DNA of 35,158 nucleotides, from contig SKPR01000145.1 of the NCBI GenBank assembly GCA_007119455.1, positions 1-35,158 of the forward strand, read 5' to 3'. The DNA comes from Candidatus Brevefilum sp. (GTDB lineage Bacteria; Chloroflexota; Anaerolineae; Anaerolineales; Anaerolineaceae). Under the pieces are notes generated by a model. It ran no database searches. It worked only from the letters and a program-made list of their open reading frames with translations, and was not told where the DNA came from. The number at the start of each line of letters is the position of its first letter. Position 1 is the first letter of the stretch. This document shows positions 26,467 to 35,158 of this stretch, in pieces. A program made the position numbers and the translations under genes.

Positions 26467-26496
26467 AAGCCACCCAACCAAGGGTGGTTTTTTGTT
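26467..26496 (+). terminator. Attenuator terminator in the liv operon leader
   Basis: GCCACCC-aaccaa-GGGTGGT followed by TTTTTGTT, about 105 nt before the livK start; the 5' arm and loop are complementary to 26411-26422. Confidence 0.8.
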
Positions 26497-26600
26497 GATT
26501 TATACGGCAAGTATGAATCAGAAAGGCGGTGGAACGGCAAAAGTGGAAATGCAGTTATTCATCAGTCACTTAGTTAACTTTTTTGAGGAGAAGCTTAAAA

Positions 26601-27830
26601 ATGAAGATTAAATATTTTGTTGTGTTTATGCTTGTTTTGATCCTGGCATTGGGTGCCTGCGCACCGGCTGCAGAAGCACCGGTCGATGAGCAACCTGTTG
26701 GGGACGGCAGTGACGATCCGTGTGCGGCCGATGATTTTGGTTGTGCCGTGATCCAGCCTGGTCAGACCATCAAAATTGGGATGAGCTCGCCAATGACGGG
26801 TCCTTATGCCGATTTTGGAATTGACGCTCAAAACAGCGGTTTGATTGCTGTGGCAGATGCCGGACAGGTTGAGGGATTTTCCTTCGAACTGGTCGCAGAG
26901 GATGATGAGGGTGGCGCAGAAGGCGGCGCAGCGGTGGCCAATAAACTGGTTGCTGATCAGACCTTTGTGGCCCTGGCCGGTCCATTATTCTCGGGTGCAA
27001 CTGCGGCAGCCATGCCGATCTATGAAGCCGCTGGCATTCCGATGATGTCGCCCTCAGCGACCGCCGGATTCCTGACATTGGAAGGCTCACGGGTGTTCAA
27101 CAGGCTACCCTTCGTTGACCCCATTCAGGCTGCAGCCGCTGCTGATTTCATGTTCAACAATCTCGGTGTTCGGAACATTGCTGTCTTACACGATGGTGAA
27201 GATTATGGTCGCGGTCTGGCCACAAGTGTCAAAGATGAGTTCGAGGCCCTCGGTGGGACCGTGAGCGCTTTTGAAGGTATTACCCCGGGTGAAGCAGACT
27301 ATACCCCCATTCTCTCAACGATTGCGACCCAATCACCTGAGGTGGTTTACTTTGGTGGTTACAATCAGGAAGGTGCAGTTATCACCAACCAGATGAAGGC
27401 TGTCGGTCTTGAAGATGCTGTATTCTTCGGTTGTGACGGTACATGGGGTGCAGATTACCTGGCCCAAACCGGTGCAAACGGGGAAGGTTCAATCCATGCC
27501 AATACCCGAGCACCCGAAGAATCGGATGTCAAAGCAGCCTTTGATGCGGCTTACCTGTCGGCTTATGGTGTGGGACCCGTTGTTCTTTCACCTTTCTCAT
27601 ACAACAGCTATGATGCCGTGACGATTCTGACCAATGCGGTCAAATCCGTTGCTTTCCTGGACGCAGATGGGAATCTCAACATCCCACGTGGTGCCCTGGT
27701 CAGTGAAGTGCGCGGAACATCCGGCTTTGTTGGTATCGGCAGTTACTCTTGTGACGCAATTGGAGAATGCAACGTTGAAGGCCCAGCCTTTGAAATGATT
27801 GTCAATGGCGAATGGGTCGTGCTAGACTGA
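26601..27830 (+). CDS. livK: Branched-chain amino acid ABC transporter substrate-binding lipoprotein (LivJ/LivK family)
   Basis: Lipobox LGAC; 'TIKIG..SPMTGPYA..G', 'GPLFSGAT', 'PMMSPSAT', 'YGRGLA', 'YSYDA'-like motif; GAGGAG RBS. Confidence 0.88.
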   Translation: MKIKYFVVFMLVLILALGACAPAAEAPVDEQPVGDGSDDPCAADDFGCAVIQPGQTIKIGMSSPMTGPYADFGIDAQNSGLIAVADAGQVEGFSFELVAEDDEGGAEGGAAVANKLVADQTFVALAGPLFSGATAAAMPIYEAAGIPMMSPSATAGFLTLEGSRVFNRLPFVDPIQAAAAADFMFNNLGVRNIAVLHDGEDYGRGLATSVKDEFEALGGTVSAFEGITPGEADYTPILSTIATQSPEVVYFGGYNQEGAVITNQMKAVGLEDAVFFGCDGTWGADYLAQTGANGEGSIHANTRAPEESDVKAAFDAAYLSAYGVGPVVLSPFSYNSYDAVTILTNAVKSVAFLDADGNLNIPRGALVSEVRGTSGFVGIGSYSCDAIGECNVEGPAFEMIVNGEWVVLD

Positions 27831-27845
27831 AGATTTTTTGATAAA

Positions 27846-27881
27846 ATCAAACACGCAGGGAAATTTCCCTGCGTGTTTGAT
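27846..27881. other. Perfect 36-bp palindrome between livK and livH (stabiliser or partial terminator hairpin)
   Basis: ATCAAACACGCAGGGAAA|TTTCCCTGCGTGTTTGAT. Confidence 0.75.
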
Positions 27882-27917
27882 AATTGATTATTTTTATTAA
27901 TCACTGGAGAACCTCTT

Positions 27918-29027
27918 ATGATAGCGACCAAGAAGGAAAATTTTCTTCTTAAACTACGCGGCTCCGGCACAATTATCCGGTATATTTTAGGGATTCTGGC
28001 CGGGGGTTACCTCCTGTGGCGTTTATACCGGGTTTTTATTGTCCAAAGTGCTTTCGGTTTGGAAACATGGACCCGGCTGTTGATTGCGGGCCTGGTGATC
28101 GGGTCCGTTTATGCATTAATTGCCATTGGTTATACCCTGGTTTATGGTGTTTTATTTATGATCAACTTCGCCCACGGCGAAGTTATGATGTTAGGCTCTT
28201 TTGCTGGGTTTTTTGTCCTGGAGGCAACCCGGGCCATGGAAGTCAATGGCCCCGGTGGTGTGGCAACTTCGTTCTCCAATGCTTATCCAGGGCTGGCCAT
28301 CTTACTGGCGTTTGTGGCAGGCATGTCATTTTCTGCACTGGTTGGTTTTTACCTTGAAAAAATCGCTTACCGGCCGCTACGAAAAGCCCCACGCCTCATT
28401 CCCCTGATCAGCGCCATCGGCGCATCCTTTGCCCTGCAAAATGCAGCCCTGCTGCTCTTCAGCCCACAAACACGGACTTATCAGAACCCGGATATACTGA
28501 CCAGGGGCCAGGGATGGCGTTTGATGATCAACGACTCCGCCGTAATTCTGCCCTATACCGGTGTGTTCACAATGGTGTTATCGATCATCCTGATGGTGGG
28601 CCTGATTCTGCTGGTTAAGCGCACCCGGTTGGGCAAATCGATGCGGGCCGTTGCCATGGATAAAGATACAGCAGCCCTAATGGGTATTGACGTCAACAAG
28701 ACCATCAGCAACACCTTCATCATCAGTGGTATTCTGGCTGGCTCTGCAGGTGTGATGTGGGGATTGCATAATGGCCTACTGCATTACTTTGTAGGTTTTC
28801 TTCCCGGGATTAAGGCATTTACGGCTGCGGTACTGGGCGGGATTGGCAATATCCCCGGGGCAATGTTGGGAGGCATGGTTTTAGGTCTGTTGGAAGCGCT
28901 GGGACCGGCAGCTTTGGACATCAGTTTCCAGCTTAAAGATGTGATCGCATTTGTCATCATGATCGTCATCCTCATATTTAAACCATCTGGACTGTTGGGA
29001 GAGGTGTTATCGGAGGAGAAAGTATGA
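27918..29027 (+). CDS. livH: Branched-chain amino acid ABC transporter permease
   Basis: 'GSVYALIAIGYTLVYGVLFMINFAHGE', 'TRLGKSMRAVAMD..TAALMGI', 'KAFTAAVLGGIGNIPGA'. Confidence 0.9.
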   Translation: MIATKKENFLLKLRGSGTIIRYILGILAGGYLLWRLYRVFIVQSAFGLETWTRLLIAGLVIGSVYALIAIGYTLVYGVLFMINFAHGEVMMLGSFAGFFVLEATRAMEVNGPGGVATSFSNAYPGLAILLAFVAGMSFSALVGFYLEKIAYRPLRKAPRLIPLISAIGASFALQNAALLLFSPQTRTYQNPDILTRGQGWRLMINDSAVILPYTGVFTMVLSIILMVGLILLVKRTRLGKSMRAVAMDKDTAALMGIDVNKTISNTFIISGILAGSAGVMWGLHNGLLHYFVGFLPGIKAFTAAVLGGIGNIPGAMLGGMVLGLLEALGPAALDISFQLKDVIAFVIMIVILIFKPSGLLGEVLSEEKV

Positions 29028-30604
29028 AACCGCCGAATTTATTTCGTAAGAGTGCCGAAAAAGGCCTGGTATATAGCCTGGTCATGATCTTTATGATGAT
29101 GATCGGCTTTCATGTTGTGGCGGCGAACCTGATGAGTAAAGTGTTTGGCGTTACAGTCTTAAGGGGGAGCATTCCAGAAGTCCGTTTTATGGCGTTTGTG
29201 CATATCCTGTTTGCGTTCCTTTTCGGATGGGGTGCCAGTGATCGTCAAAGGGATAAAAAGTCACGCATCCGGCAGGGCTTGATTACTTCGTTGACAGCTG
29301 GTGGGATAATCGCCCTGTTCAGTGTATTGCTCAATTACCTGGTCGAAGCCCAGATCGATATCCGTCAATACCTGACAGCCTTTTCAGCGGACAGCATGCG
29401 CTACTTCATCCTTAATCAGGGCCAATCGGGCATATTCGTACTCTTTGCTATTTATCTATTCACCGGATTGCTGGGAACCATTCTGGCTATCATTTTCCAG
29501 TCAGAAAAGGCCCAGACATCCAGACAAAGCCTCAAGGCCAAAATCGGTGAAGCGGCCCAAACATTTTCTGACAAAATGCCCACACTCGTAAAGAAACACT
29601 GGAAATATGGCATTTATGCAATTTTAGTGGTCGTCCTTTTGATCATGCCCATGCGTTGGGGTTCTTACTATAATTTCGTAGCCAGTGTGGTGGGCGTGTA
29701 TGTGATCGCCGGGATTGGCTTAAATATTATGGTGGGTTTATCGGGCCAATTGATGTTGGGGTATGCTGCCTTTTTTGCCATGGGGGCTTACAGTGTGGCC
29801 TTATTAAATGCACCCACACCTCACGGGATCATGCTGGGCTTCTGGCCCTCCCTGCTCGTTGGTGTTGTGGCTGCTATGATCGGTGCAGTTCTCCTGGGAT
29901 TGCCCATCATGCGGCTGCGCGGCGATTATCTGGCGATCGTGACCCTCGGCTTTGGCGAAATAATCCGGATCTTACTGAAAAGCGATTTGCTCATTGATTT
30001 CACAGGTGGACCCCGAGGCATTCATGCCATTCAGGGGCCGACGTTGTTTGGCCGATCCTTCACCAGCGATTCAGATTATGTATACTTGATCCTGGTATTC
30101 ATTGCCATCAGCATTTTTATTTACCAGCGTCTCGCAAATTCACGAACCGGCCGGGCCTGGCTGGCTATCAAGGAAGATCCTATTGCAGCGCAGGCAACCG
30201 GCATCAACTTACGTGGATATAAGCTTCTGGCTCTGATCATTGGGGCGGCTTTTGCAGGGTTGGTGGGTGGCATTGCTGCTGCCAGGAACGCTTTTACAGG
30301 GCCCAATGATCATTCATTGATGGTCTCAATCAATGTACTCAGCCTGCTGATTGTGGGTGGGATGAACAGCATCCCTGGCATCGTGCTGGGTGCCTTTGCT
30401 TTAAGAGGTTTACCAGAGATATTGCGTGAGGTTGAAACTTACCGGCAACTTGCTTTTGGCATCCTGCTGATTGTGATGATGCTCGTACGCCCTAAGGGCC
30501 TCTGGCCTGGCTCGCGGCCTGTTTTGGAAAAAGTGGACGAGGAAGTGGTTGAAGAAATTTCAACGGAGATCAAGAAACCCAAACGAAAGAGGACCCATGC
30601 CTGA
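29024..30604 (+). CDS. livM: Branched-chain amino acid ABC transporter permease with long N-terminal membrane extension
   Basis: 'GLNIMVGLSGQLMLGYAAFFAMGAY', 'RLRGDYLAIVTLGFGEIIR', 'SRTGRAWLAIKED'; ATGA overlap with livH. Confidence 0.9.
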   Translation: MKPPNLFRKSAEKGLVYSLVMIFMMMIGFHVVAANLMSKVFGVTVLRGSIPEVRFMAFVHILFAFLFGWGASDRQRDKKSRIRQGLITSLTAGGIIALFSVLLNYLVEAQIDIRQYLTAFSADSMRYFILNQGQSGIFVLFAIYLFTGLLGTILAIIFQSEKAQTSRQSLKAKIGEAAQTFSDKMPTLVKKHWKYGIYAILVVVLLIMPMRWGSYYNFVASVVGVYVIAGIGLNIMVGLSGQLMLGYAAFFAMGAYSVALLNAPTPHGIMLGFWPSLLVGVVAAMIGAVLLGLPIMRLRGDYLAIVTLGFGEIIRILLKSDLLIDFTGGPRGIHAIQGPTLFGRSFTSDSDYVYLILVFIAISIFIYQRLANSRTGRAWLAIKEDPIAAQATGINLRGYKLLALIIGAAFAGLVGGIAAARNAFTGPNDHSLMVSINVLSLLIVGGMNSIPGIVLGAFALRGLPEILREVETYRQLAFGILLIVMMLVRPKGLWPGSRPVLEKVDEEVVEEISTEIKKPKRKRTHA

Positions 30605-31415
30605 GCTGGTCATCGAAACAAAAGGTGTTTCAAAAATTTTCGGCGGATTGACGGCCGTCAATTCTGTGGATCTACAGATCCCTAAAGGTCATATCTATAG
30701 CATTATCGGGCCGAATGGCGCCGGTAAGACCACCCTGTTCAATTGTATTTCGGGTTTTTATACGCCCGAACACGGTGAGATTCTCTTCCTGGGACGGAAG
30801 ATTCAGGGCAGTTCGACAGACCTGATCGCTGGCATGGGTATTTCCCGAACGTATCAGAATATCCGGTTATTTGGCAATCTGACCGCAATTGAGAATATTT
30901 TGGTAGGACAGCACACCAAACTGGTAACAAACTGGTTGGATGCAATTATCCATACGCGTCGGTATCGTGTTGAGAACAGTACGTCATTATCTGAAGCCAA
31001 AGATATTCTAAAATTTGTGGGCCTGGAGGGGCTGGGCGATTATTTAGCATTAAACCTCCCCTATGGCATGCAACGCCGGCTTGAAATCGGACGGGCGCTG
31101 GCCAATGGACCGACGCTTTTATTGCTGGATGAGCCAACAGCCGGCATGAATCCGCAAGAGACGGTTGACATGGTGCGCCTGATCCGAAAGCTGCGTGATG
31201 AACTGGGAATTTCCATCATCTTGATCGAACATGACATGAAATTGGTGATGGATATATCCGATCACATTAGCGTGTTGGACTATGGAACCAAGATTGCCGA
31301 AGGGATGCCGAAAGAAATCCAATCCAACGATCGGGTGATTGAAGCCTACCTTGGCCCTGGTGGCGCAGCCCTCGCAGCAAAATATCAAAGCAGAAAGCGG
31401 AACAACCATGCTTAA
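30597..31415 (+). CDS. livG: Branched-chain amino acid ABC transporter ATP-binding protein
   Basis: 'FGGLTAV', GPNGAGKT, 'LPYGMQRRLEI', LLLDEP, 'IEHDM', 'VIEAYLG'; GAGG RBS before ATG 30597. Confidence 0.93.
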   Translation: MPELVIETKGVSKIFGGLTAVNSVDLQIPKGHIYSIIGPNGAGKTTLFNCISGFYTPEHGEILFLGRKIQGSSTDLIAGMGISRTYQNIRLFGNLTAIENILVGQHTKLVTNWLDAIIHTRRYRVENSTSLSEAKDILKFVGLEGLGDYLALNLPYGMQRRLEIGRALANGPTLLLLDEPTAGMNPQETVDMVRLIRKLRDELGISIILIEHDMKLVMDISDHISVLDYGTKIAEGMPKEIQSNDRVIEAYLGPGGAALAAKYQSRKRNNHA

Positions 31416-32112
31416 TGTGAGTAATTTACATGTTCATTATGGCGCTATCCATGCCCTGAAAGGTGTCAGCTTCAACCTGGAAGAAGGTGAAATCGTGGCC
31501 TTAATCGGGTCGAATGGCGCCGGCAAATCAACGCTTTTGAAGACCATTTCTGGCCTACTGGAGGCAACCGAGGGAGAGGTAAGTTACCAGGACGAAATCA
31601 TCAGCGGCCAACCTGCACAGGACATCGTCAGCAAGGGTGTGATCCACATCCCTGAAGGCCGGAAGATATTTCCCAAGATGACCGTGGTCGAAAACCTCGA
31701 AATGGGCGCCTTCCTGCTCCGTGACCGGCGGTTGGTCGCAGAACGGATGGAAGCCATGTTCGAACGGTTCCCGGTTCTGCGAGATCGAAAAAAACAACTG
31801 GGTGGAACGCTCTCAGGTGGCGAGCAGCAAATGCTCACAATGGCCCGGGGATTGATGACCAACCCAAAATTGATGCTGCTGGATGAACCCTCCATGGGGC
31901 TGGCACCCGTTCTGGTTGAGAAGGTCTTTGATATTATTGAAGAGATCAACGAACAGGGCACCAGCATATTGCTGGTTGAACAAAACGCACAGATGGCGCT
32001 ATCGATCGCGGATCGAGCATATGTCCTGGAAACGGGCCGCATCACACTCTCAGGCGATGCCCTCGATCTGATGGAAAATCCACTGGTGATTGAAGCTTAC
32101 CTGGGTGGGTGA
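31408..32112 (+). CDS. livF: Branched-chain amino acid ABC transporter ATP-binding protein
   Basis: GSNGAGKS, 'PEGRKIF', LSGGEQQM, 'LDEPSMGLAP', 'VEQNA', 'EAYLGG'. Confidence 0.95.
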   Translation: MLNVSNLHVHYGAIHALKGVSFNLEEGEIVALIGSNGAGKSTLLKTISGLLEATEGEVSYQDEIISGQPAQDIVSKGVIHIPEGRKIFPKMTVVENLEMGAFLLRDRRLVAERMEAMFERFPVLRDRKKQLGGTLSGGEQQMLTMARGLMTNPKLMLLDEPSMGLAPVLVEKVFDIIEEINEQGTSILLVEQNAQMALSIADRAYVLETGRITLSGDALDLMENPLVIEAYLGG

Positions 32113-32140
32113 GCTTAATTATGAGACCGAATAACCGATA

Positions 32141-32968
32141 TTAGACTCTGCCCAAAAAGAATCTCAATGCAATGTGAAAGCGCCTTCGCCAAGCGCTTTC
32201 GTGGTGTTCAGCACCTGGTGCAACCCGTGTGATCCAATCCCGGCCTGGAGAATAACCCTTTTCTGCCATCACCTGATCCACAACCTGCTGGTAGGGGGGA
32301 TAGATGGCATCACCGCCACCGGTGCCAAGATCGAAATAAATCCGGTGTCTGCCTGGTGCTGGCAGATACTTACGCAGGTATGGCTGGATGAGATTACCCA
32401 GGGGAGGCCAATGCGTTGAAAAACAACCGGCTCCTCCGAACACCTCCGGATATTCCAGCAAAGCATAAAGAGATATCAACCCGCCCATACTGGACCCCAT
32501 GATCAGGGTGTGTTGCGGGCCAGGCCGAGTACGAAAATCTTTGTCAATCTGAGGTTTGAGGATGGTGGTCATCCATTCCAGGTAGTCATCGGCCATATAT
32601 ACGTTTTGGTCAAATTGTCCTTCCGTTTCTTCACGGATTCTATCGAGATAGGCTTTTCCGGCTGGCGTTTCAAAGGGTCGAGTCGGCATATAATCGCCAA
32701 TCCGATTATCTGTGTTGTCGATTCCAACCACGATAGCGGGTTGGATAAACCCCCACCCGCTGAGGCGGGTGATGGCTTCTGCCACACCCCAGGTGATTTG
32801 GGTGTATGCTTTCTCAGGATAAAAAAGGTTTTGCCCATCATGCATGAAAATAACTGGAAAGCGCTGCTTCGTTTCGACATGATATTGAGGGGGGACCCAC
32901 ACCCAGACATCCCGGGGTAGAAGATTCTTGTAAATATTACCCGGGTAACGCGTGAGATTGATTTTCAT
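32141..32968 (-). CDS. Alpha/beta-hydrolase esterase (IroE/Fes-like)
   Basis: 'RFPVIFMHDGQNLF', nucleophile 'GSSMGG', 'YFDLGT', 'AEHHESAW'; AGGAG RBS. Confidence 0.9.
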   Translation of the reverse strand: MKINLTRYPGNIYKNLLPRDVWVWVPPQYHVETKQRFPVIFMHDGQNLFYPEKAYTQITWGVAEAITRLSGWGFIQPAIVVGIDNTDNRIGDYMPTRPFETPAGKAYLDRIREETEGQFDQNVYMADDYLEWMTTILKPQIDKDFRTRPGPQHTLIMGSSMGGLISLYALLEYPEVFGGAGCFSTHWPPLGNLIQPYLRKYLPAPGRHRIYFDLGTGGGDAIYPPYQQVVDQVMAEKGYSPGRDWITRVAPGAEHHESAWRRRFHIALRFFLGRV

Positions 32969-33327
32969 GATTGCTCCTGACGTGATAAGGTTTGGGTGAC
33001 GGATTGGCCTGAATCTAACGCAACTTGTTTTTATGACAGGTATTGTACATCACACAACCCAATATGTGCTGACCTGACATCATTGATCAGGATTATAGTC
33101 TAAATCAGATTTGATCCCATTATTCGGATAAAAACCGGGGTAATCGCAAACTCATATGGTTAAATCACGTCAATTATTTTTGTAAATTAATCACCTCATC
33201 TTGCCTCCACCAAAAAAGGTGCGGGTTCCGCTTTGCTCCAACATCTGCACGCCTCCTTCTCTTCGAGGTGAAGGTCTTTATAAAATCAGGGCTATCACAG
33301 TGTATACTTTGATAATAGGAGGTTTAC

Positions 33328-34122
33328 ATGCCACACGATCTCTATCAATTGGACGCCTTTACAGATGAGCCTTTTCGGGGCAACCCGGCAGCCGTCTGTG
33401 TATTAAAAGGGCCAAAACAAGATGCATGGATGCAGGCCCTTGCATCTGAAATGAATCTGTCGGAAACAGCCTTTTTACTACCTGAAGGCCAGGGCTGGCA
33501 TCTGCGCTGGTTCACACCGAAAGCTGAGGTTGATCTTTGCGGCCATGCCACCCTGGCCAGCGCCATGGTCCTGTTTGAAACGCAGCCAACATTACGCCCA
33601 GGTCCTGTTCGATTCCAGACACGCAGCGGGGAACTTTCCGCTACCTGGGTGGATGGCCGGATCGAGCTGGATTTTCCTGCAATGCTGCCTGATCGGCCTG
33701 TTTCGATCGACGAGCCCATTAAGCATGCTCTGGGATTCACCCCTACCCAGGGTGTTGTTTCGGGTGATTATTTTCTCTTTGAGGCTGCGGATGAAGCAAC
33801 CGTCCACACTGCCAGGCCAGATTTTATAGCCCTGGCGAAATTGCCTATGCCTGAGGTCATCATCACGGCCATCAGCAATGACCCACAATATGACTTCATC
33901 TCGCGATTTTTTGCACCCCAAATCGGTATTGATGAAGACCCGGTAACCGGGTCAGCCCATTGCCTGCTGGCACCTTATTGGGCGGAAAAGCTCAAGAAAG
34001 ATTCCTTCACGGCATACCAGGCTTCACCACGTGGCGGACGTTTGGACCTGTGTTTATCTGGTGAGCGGGTTACCATCAAGGGCAGTGCGATATTCATCTT
34101 CAAAGCCAGTTTATTGGTTTAG
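33328..34122 (+). CDS. PhzF family phenazine-biosynthesis-like isomerase
   Basis: 'DAFTDEPFRGNPAAV', 'EMNLSETAF', 'LRWFTP..EVDLCGHATLA', 'EDPVTGSAHC'; AGGAGG RBS. Confidence 0.95.
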   Translation: MPHDLYQLDAFTDEPFRGNPAAVCVLKGPKQDAWMQALASEMNLSETAFLLPEGQGWHLRWFTPKAEVDLCGHATLASAMVLFETQPTLRPGPVRFQTRSGELSATWVDGRIELDFPAMLPDRPVSIDEPIKHALGFTPTQGVVSGDYFLFEAADEATVHTARPDFIALAKLPMPEVIITAISNDPQYDFISRFFAPQIGIDEDPVTGSAHCLLAPYWAEKLKKDSFTAYQASPRGGRLDLCLSGERVTIKGSAIFIFKASLLV

Positions 34123-34148
34123 ACCTGGTCTGATAAGGCATTAAGAAA

Positions 34149-34976
34149 ATGGCGACAACAATAACCTGGTTTGGCACCAATACGCTCCTGTTGAGAAAAG
34201 GTGATTCATCCCTTCTGGTTGACCCCCATTTTTCACGTCCGGGACTGCTCAATCTCATTACAAAGATATCCAGTGGTGAACAGGCCGTTGAGGATGGTTT
34301 GAAAACAGGAAATATCGAACGGCTGGATGCTGTCCTGCTCACCCATACCCATTACGACCATGCCATGGACGCACCAACGGTGATTCGTCAGACCGGGGGA
34401 GCACTTTATGGATCGCAATCAGCCGTCAACCTGGCTATGGGAGAGGGGCTGAAACCAGGACAATATCACCGGGCTAGCGTTGGAGTGAAAGAAGAAATAG
34501 GTGAGTTTCAGGTTGAATTTCATCCCAGCCGGCACCTGCCTTTTGCACCGCCGATGTCCTGGCTGGTGCCCGAAAGCGCTGAGATTGACCACCCATTAAA
34601 AAGCCCGGCCTGGTTCTGGCAATACGCCTGCGGAGAGATTTACGCCATCCAGGTCGAAGATGTGTTAATCTTTGGCAGTGCGGGGTTTGAACCCGGCGCC
34701 TACCAGGGCCGGGATATTAAAACCGTCGTATTGGGCATTGGCGGTCTGGAAACCCGGCCTAAAGCCTACCTGGTTGATTTTTATCGTGAGGCTGTGGTCC
34801 AATCAGGCGCTGAAAAGGTGTTTGTTTCTCATTGGGATCATTTCATGCGGCCGGCTGGGGCTGAAGCCGAACCCCTGGGCTTTGCAAACCAGACCATTGA
34901 GCGGGTCAGCCATTTGGGGGAGGTGCACGGCCAGTCAGTGGCGGTGCTGAGGCTCAATCAAACGTACAGGGTTTAA
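34149..34976 (+). CDS. MBL-fold metallo-hydrolase
   Basis: 'ITWFGT', 'LVDPHFSR', HxHxDH motif 'THTHYDH', 'SHWD'. Confidence 0.9.
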   Translation: MATTITWFGTNTLLLRKGDSSLLVDPHFSRPGLLNLITKISSGEQAVEDGLKTGNIERLDAVLLTHTHYDHAMDAPTVIRQTGGALYGSQSAVNLAMGEGLKPGQYHRASVGVKEEIGEFQVEFHPSRHLPFAPPMSWLVPESAEIDHPLKSPAWFWQYACGEIYAIQVEDVLIFGSAGFEPGAYQGRDIKTVVLGIGGLETRPKAYLVDFYREAVVQSGAEKVFVSHWDHFMRPAGAEAEPLGFANQTIERVSHLGEVHGQSVAVLRLNQTYRV

Positions 34977-35123
34977 TATTCAGCATAAATCGGATAATCC
35001 CAATTTTTTCTAAAATGGCGTAAAATAGGTGAACCTTTTTGTGATGATGATTTTGCGGACTGTTTTTGGTATAATCACACTAATCAGATAATAATAAGTG
35101 TAAATATTTATAAGGTTGAAAAC

Positions 35124-35158
35124 ATGAAACCATTCCTGCTCTTGATGTTATTGATAAC
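35124..35158 (+). CDS. Start of the next gene (truncated by window end), possibly a signal peptide
   Basis: AAGG then ATG AAA CCA TTC CTG CTC TTG ATG TTA TTG ATA (MKPFLLLMLLI); TATAAT at about 35069. Confidence 0.35.
   Translation, partial: MKPFLLLMLLI

Noticed and set aside
26521-26540. AAAGGCGGTGGAACGGC as a T-box motif
   Set aside because: It lies downstream of the terminator rather than upstream, lacks the ACCGCG/ACCACG tail, and no stem I specifier structure was recognised.
33030-33045. Recurring TGACAGGT motif (also about 3453, 3821 and 20702 minus) as a regulon site
   Set aside because: It is short, one copy is inside a CDS, and it overlaps -35-like hexamers, so it cannot be separated from chance by eye.
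33328-34122. PhzF as evidence of a phenazine biosynthetic cluster
   Set aside because: No other phz genes are present, and stand-alone PhzF-family isomerases are common.

Overview
Chromosomal window from an anaerobic, fermentative bacterium. The gene content (NBR1-Ig and LysM lipoproteins, archaeo-eukaryotic-type release factor homolog, PucC-like MFS, single-chain PFOR) suggests Chloroflexota/Anaerolineae, which is an inference. The left ~15 kb is a patchwork of small accessory genes: GNAT, amphi-Trp, two small-molecule SAM methyltransferases, DsrE/YedF-like, APH-like kinase, rubrerythrin-VIT1, PucC-like MFS and an ABC-2 exporter. It also holds a tightly linked pair of unnamed PD-(D/E)XK nuclease-like genes (4982-7190), one with a tandemly duplicated ~73-aa C-terminal module and one with a Zn-finger, and no DNA methyltransferase is nearby. 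This pair is a candidate defence system. A repeat-rich intergenic region (15244-15794) contains heptamer tandem repeats, a 71-bp duplication, a GTAG-type REP doublet and a MITE-like inverted repeat. The right part carries nifJ plus a DHOD-like gene, Nudix, LysM, HtrA, baeRF1-like, SDR, a livKHMGF-type amino-acid ABC operon, an esterase, PhzF and an MBL hydrolase. The liv operon is preceded by an unannotated 37-codon leader ORF rich in F/I/V/M/W/H/Y codons, with a matching antiterminator/terminator pair, which looks like a multivalent transcriptional attenuator. No rRNA, tRNA, CRISPR array or transposase was recognised. All calls come from reading the sequence by eye and no searches were run.
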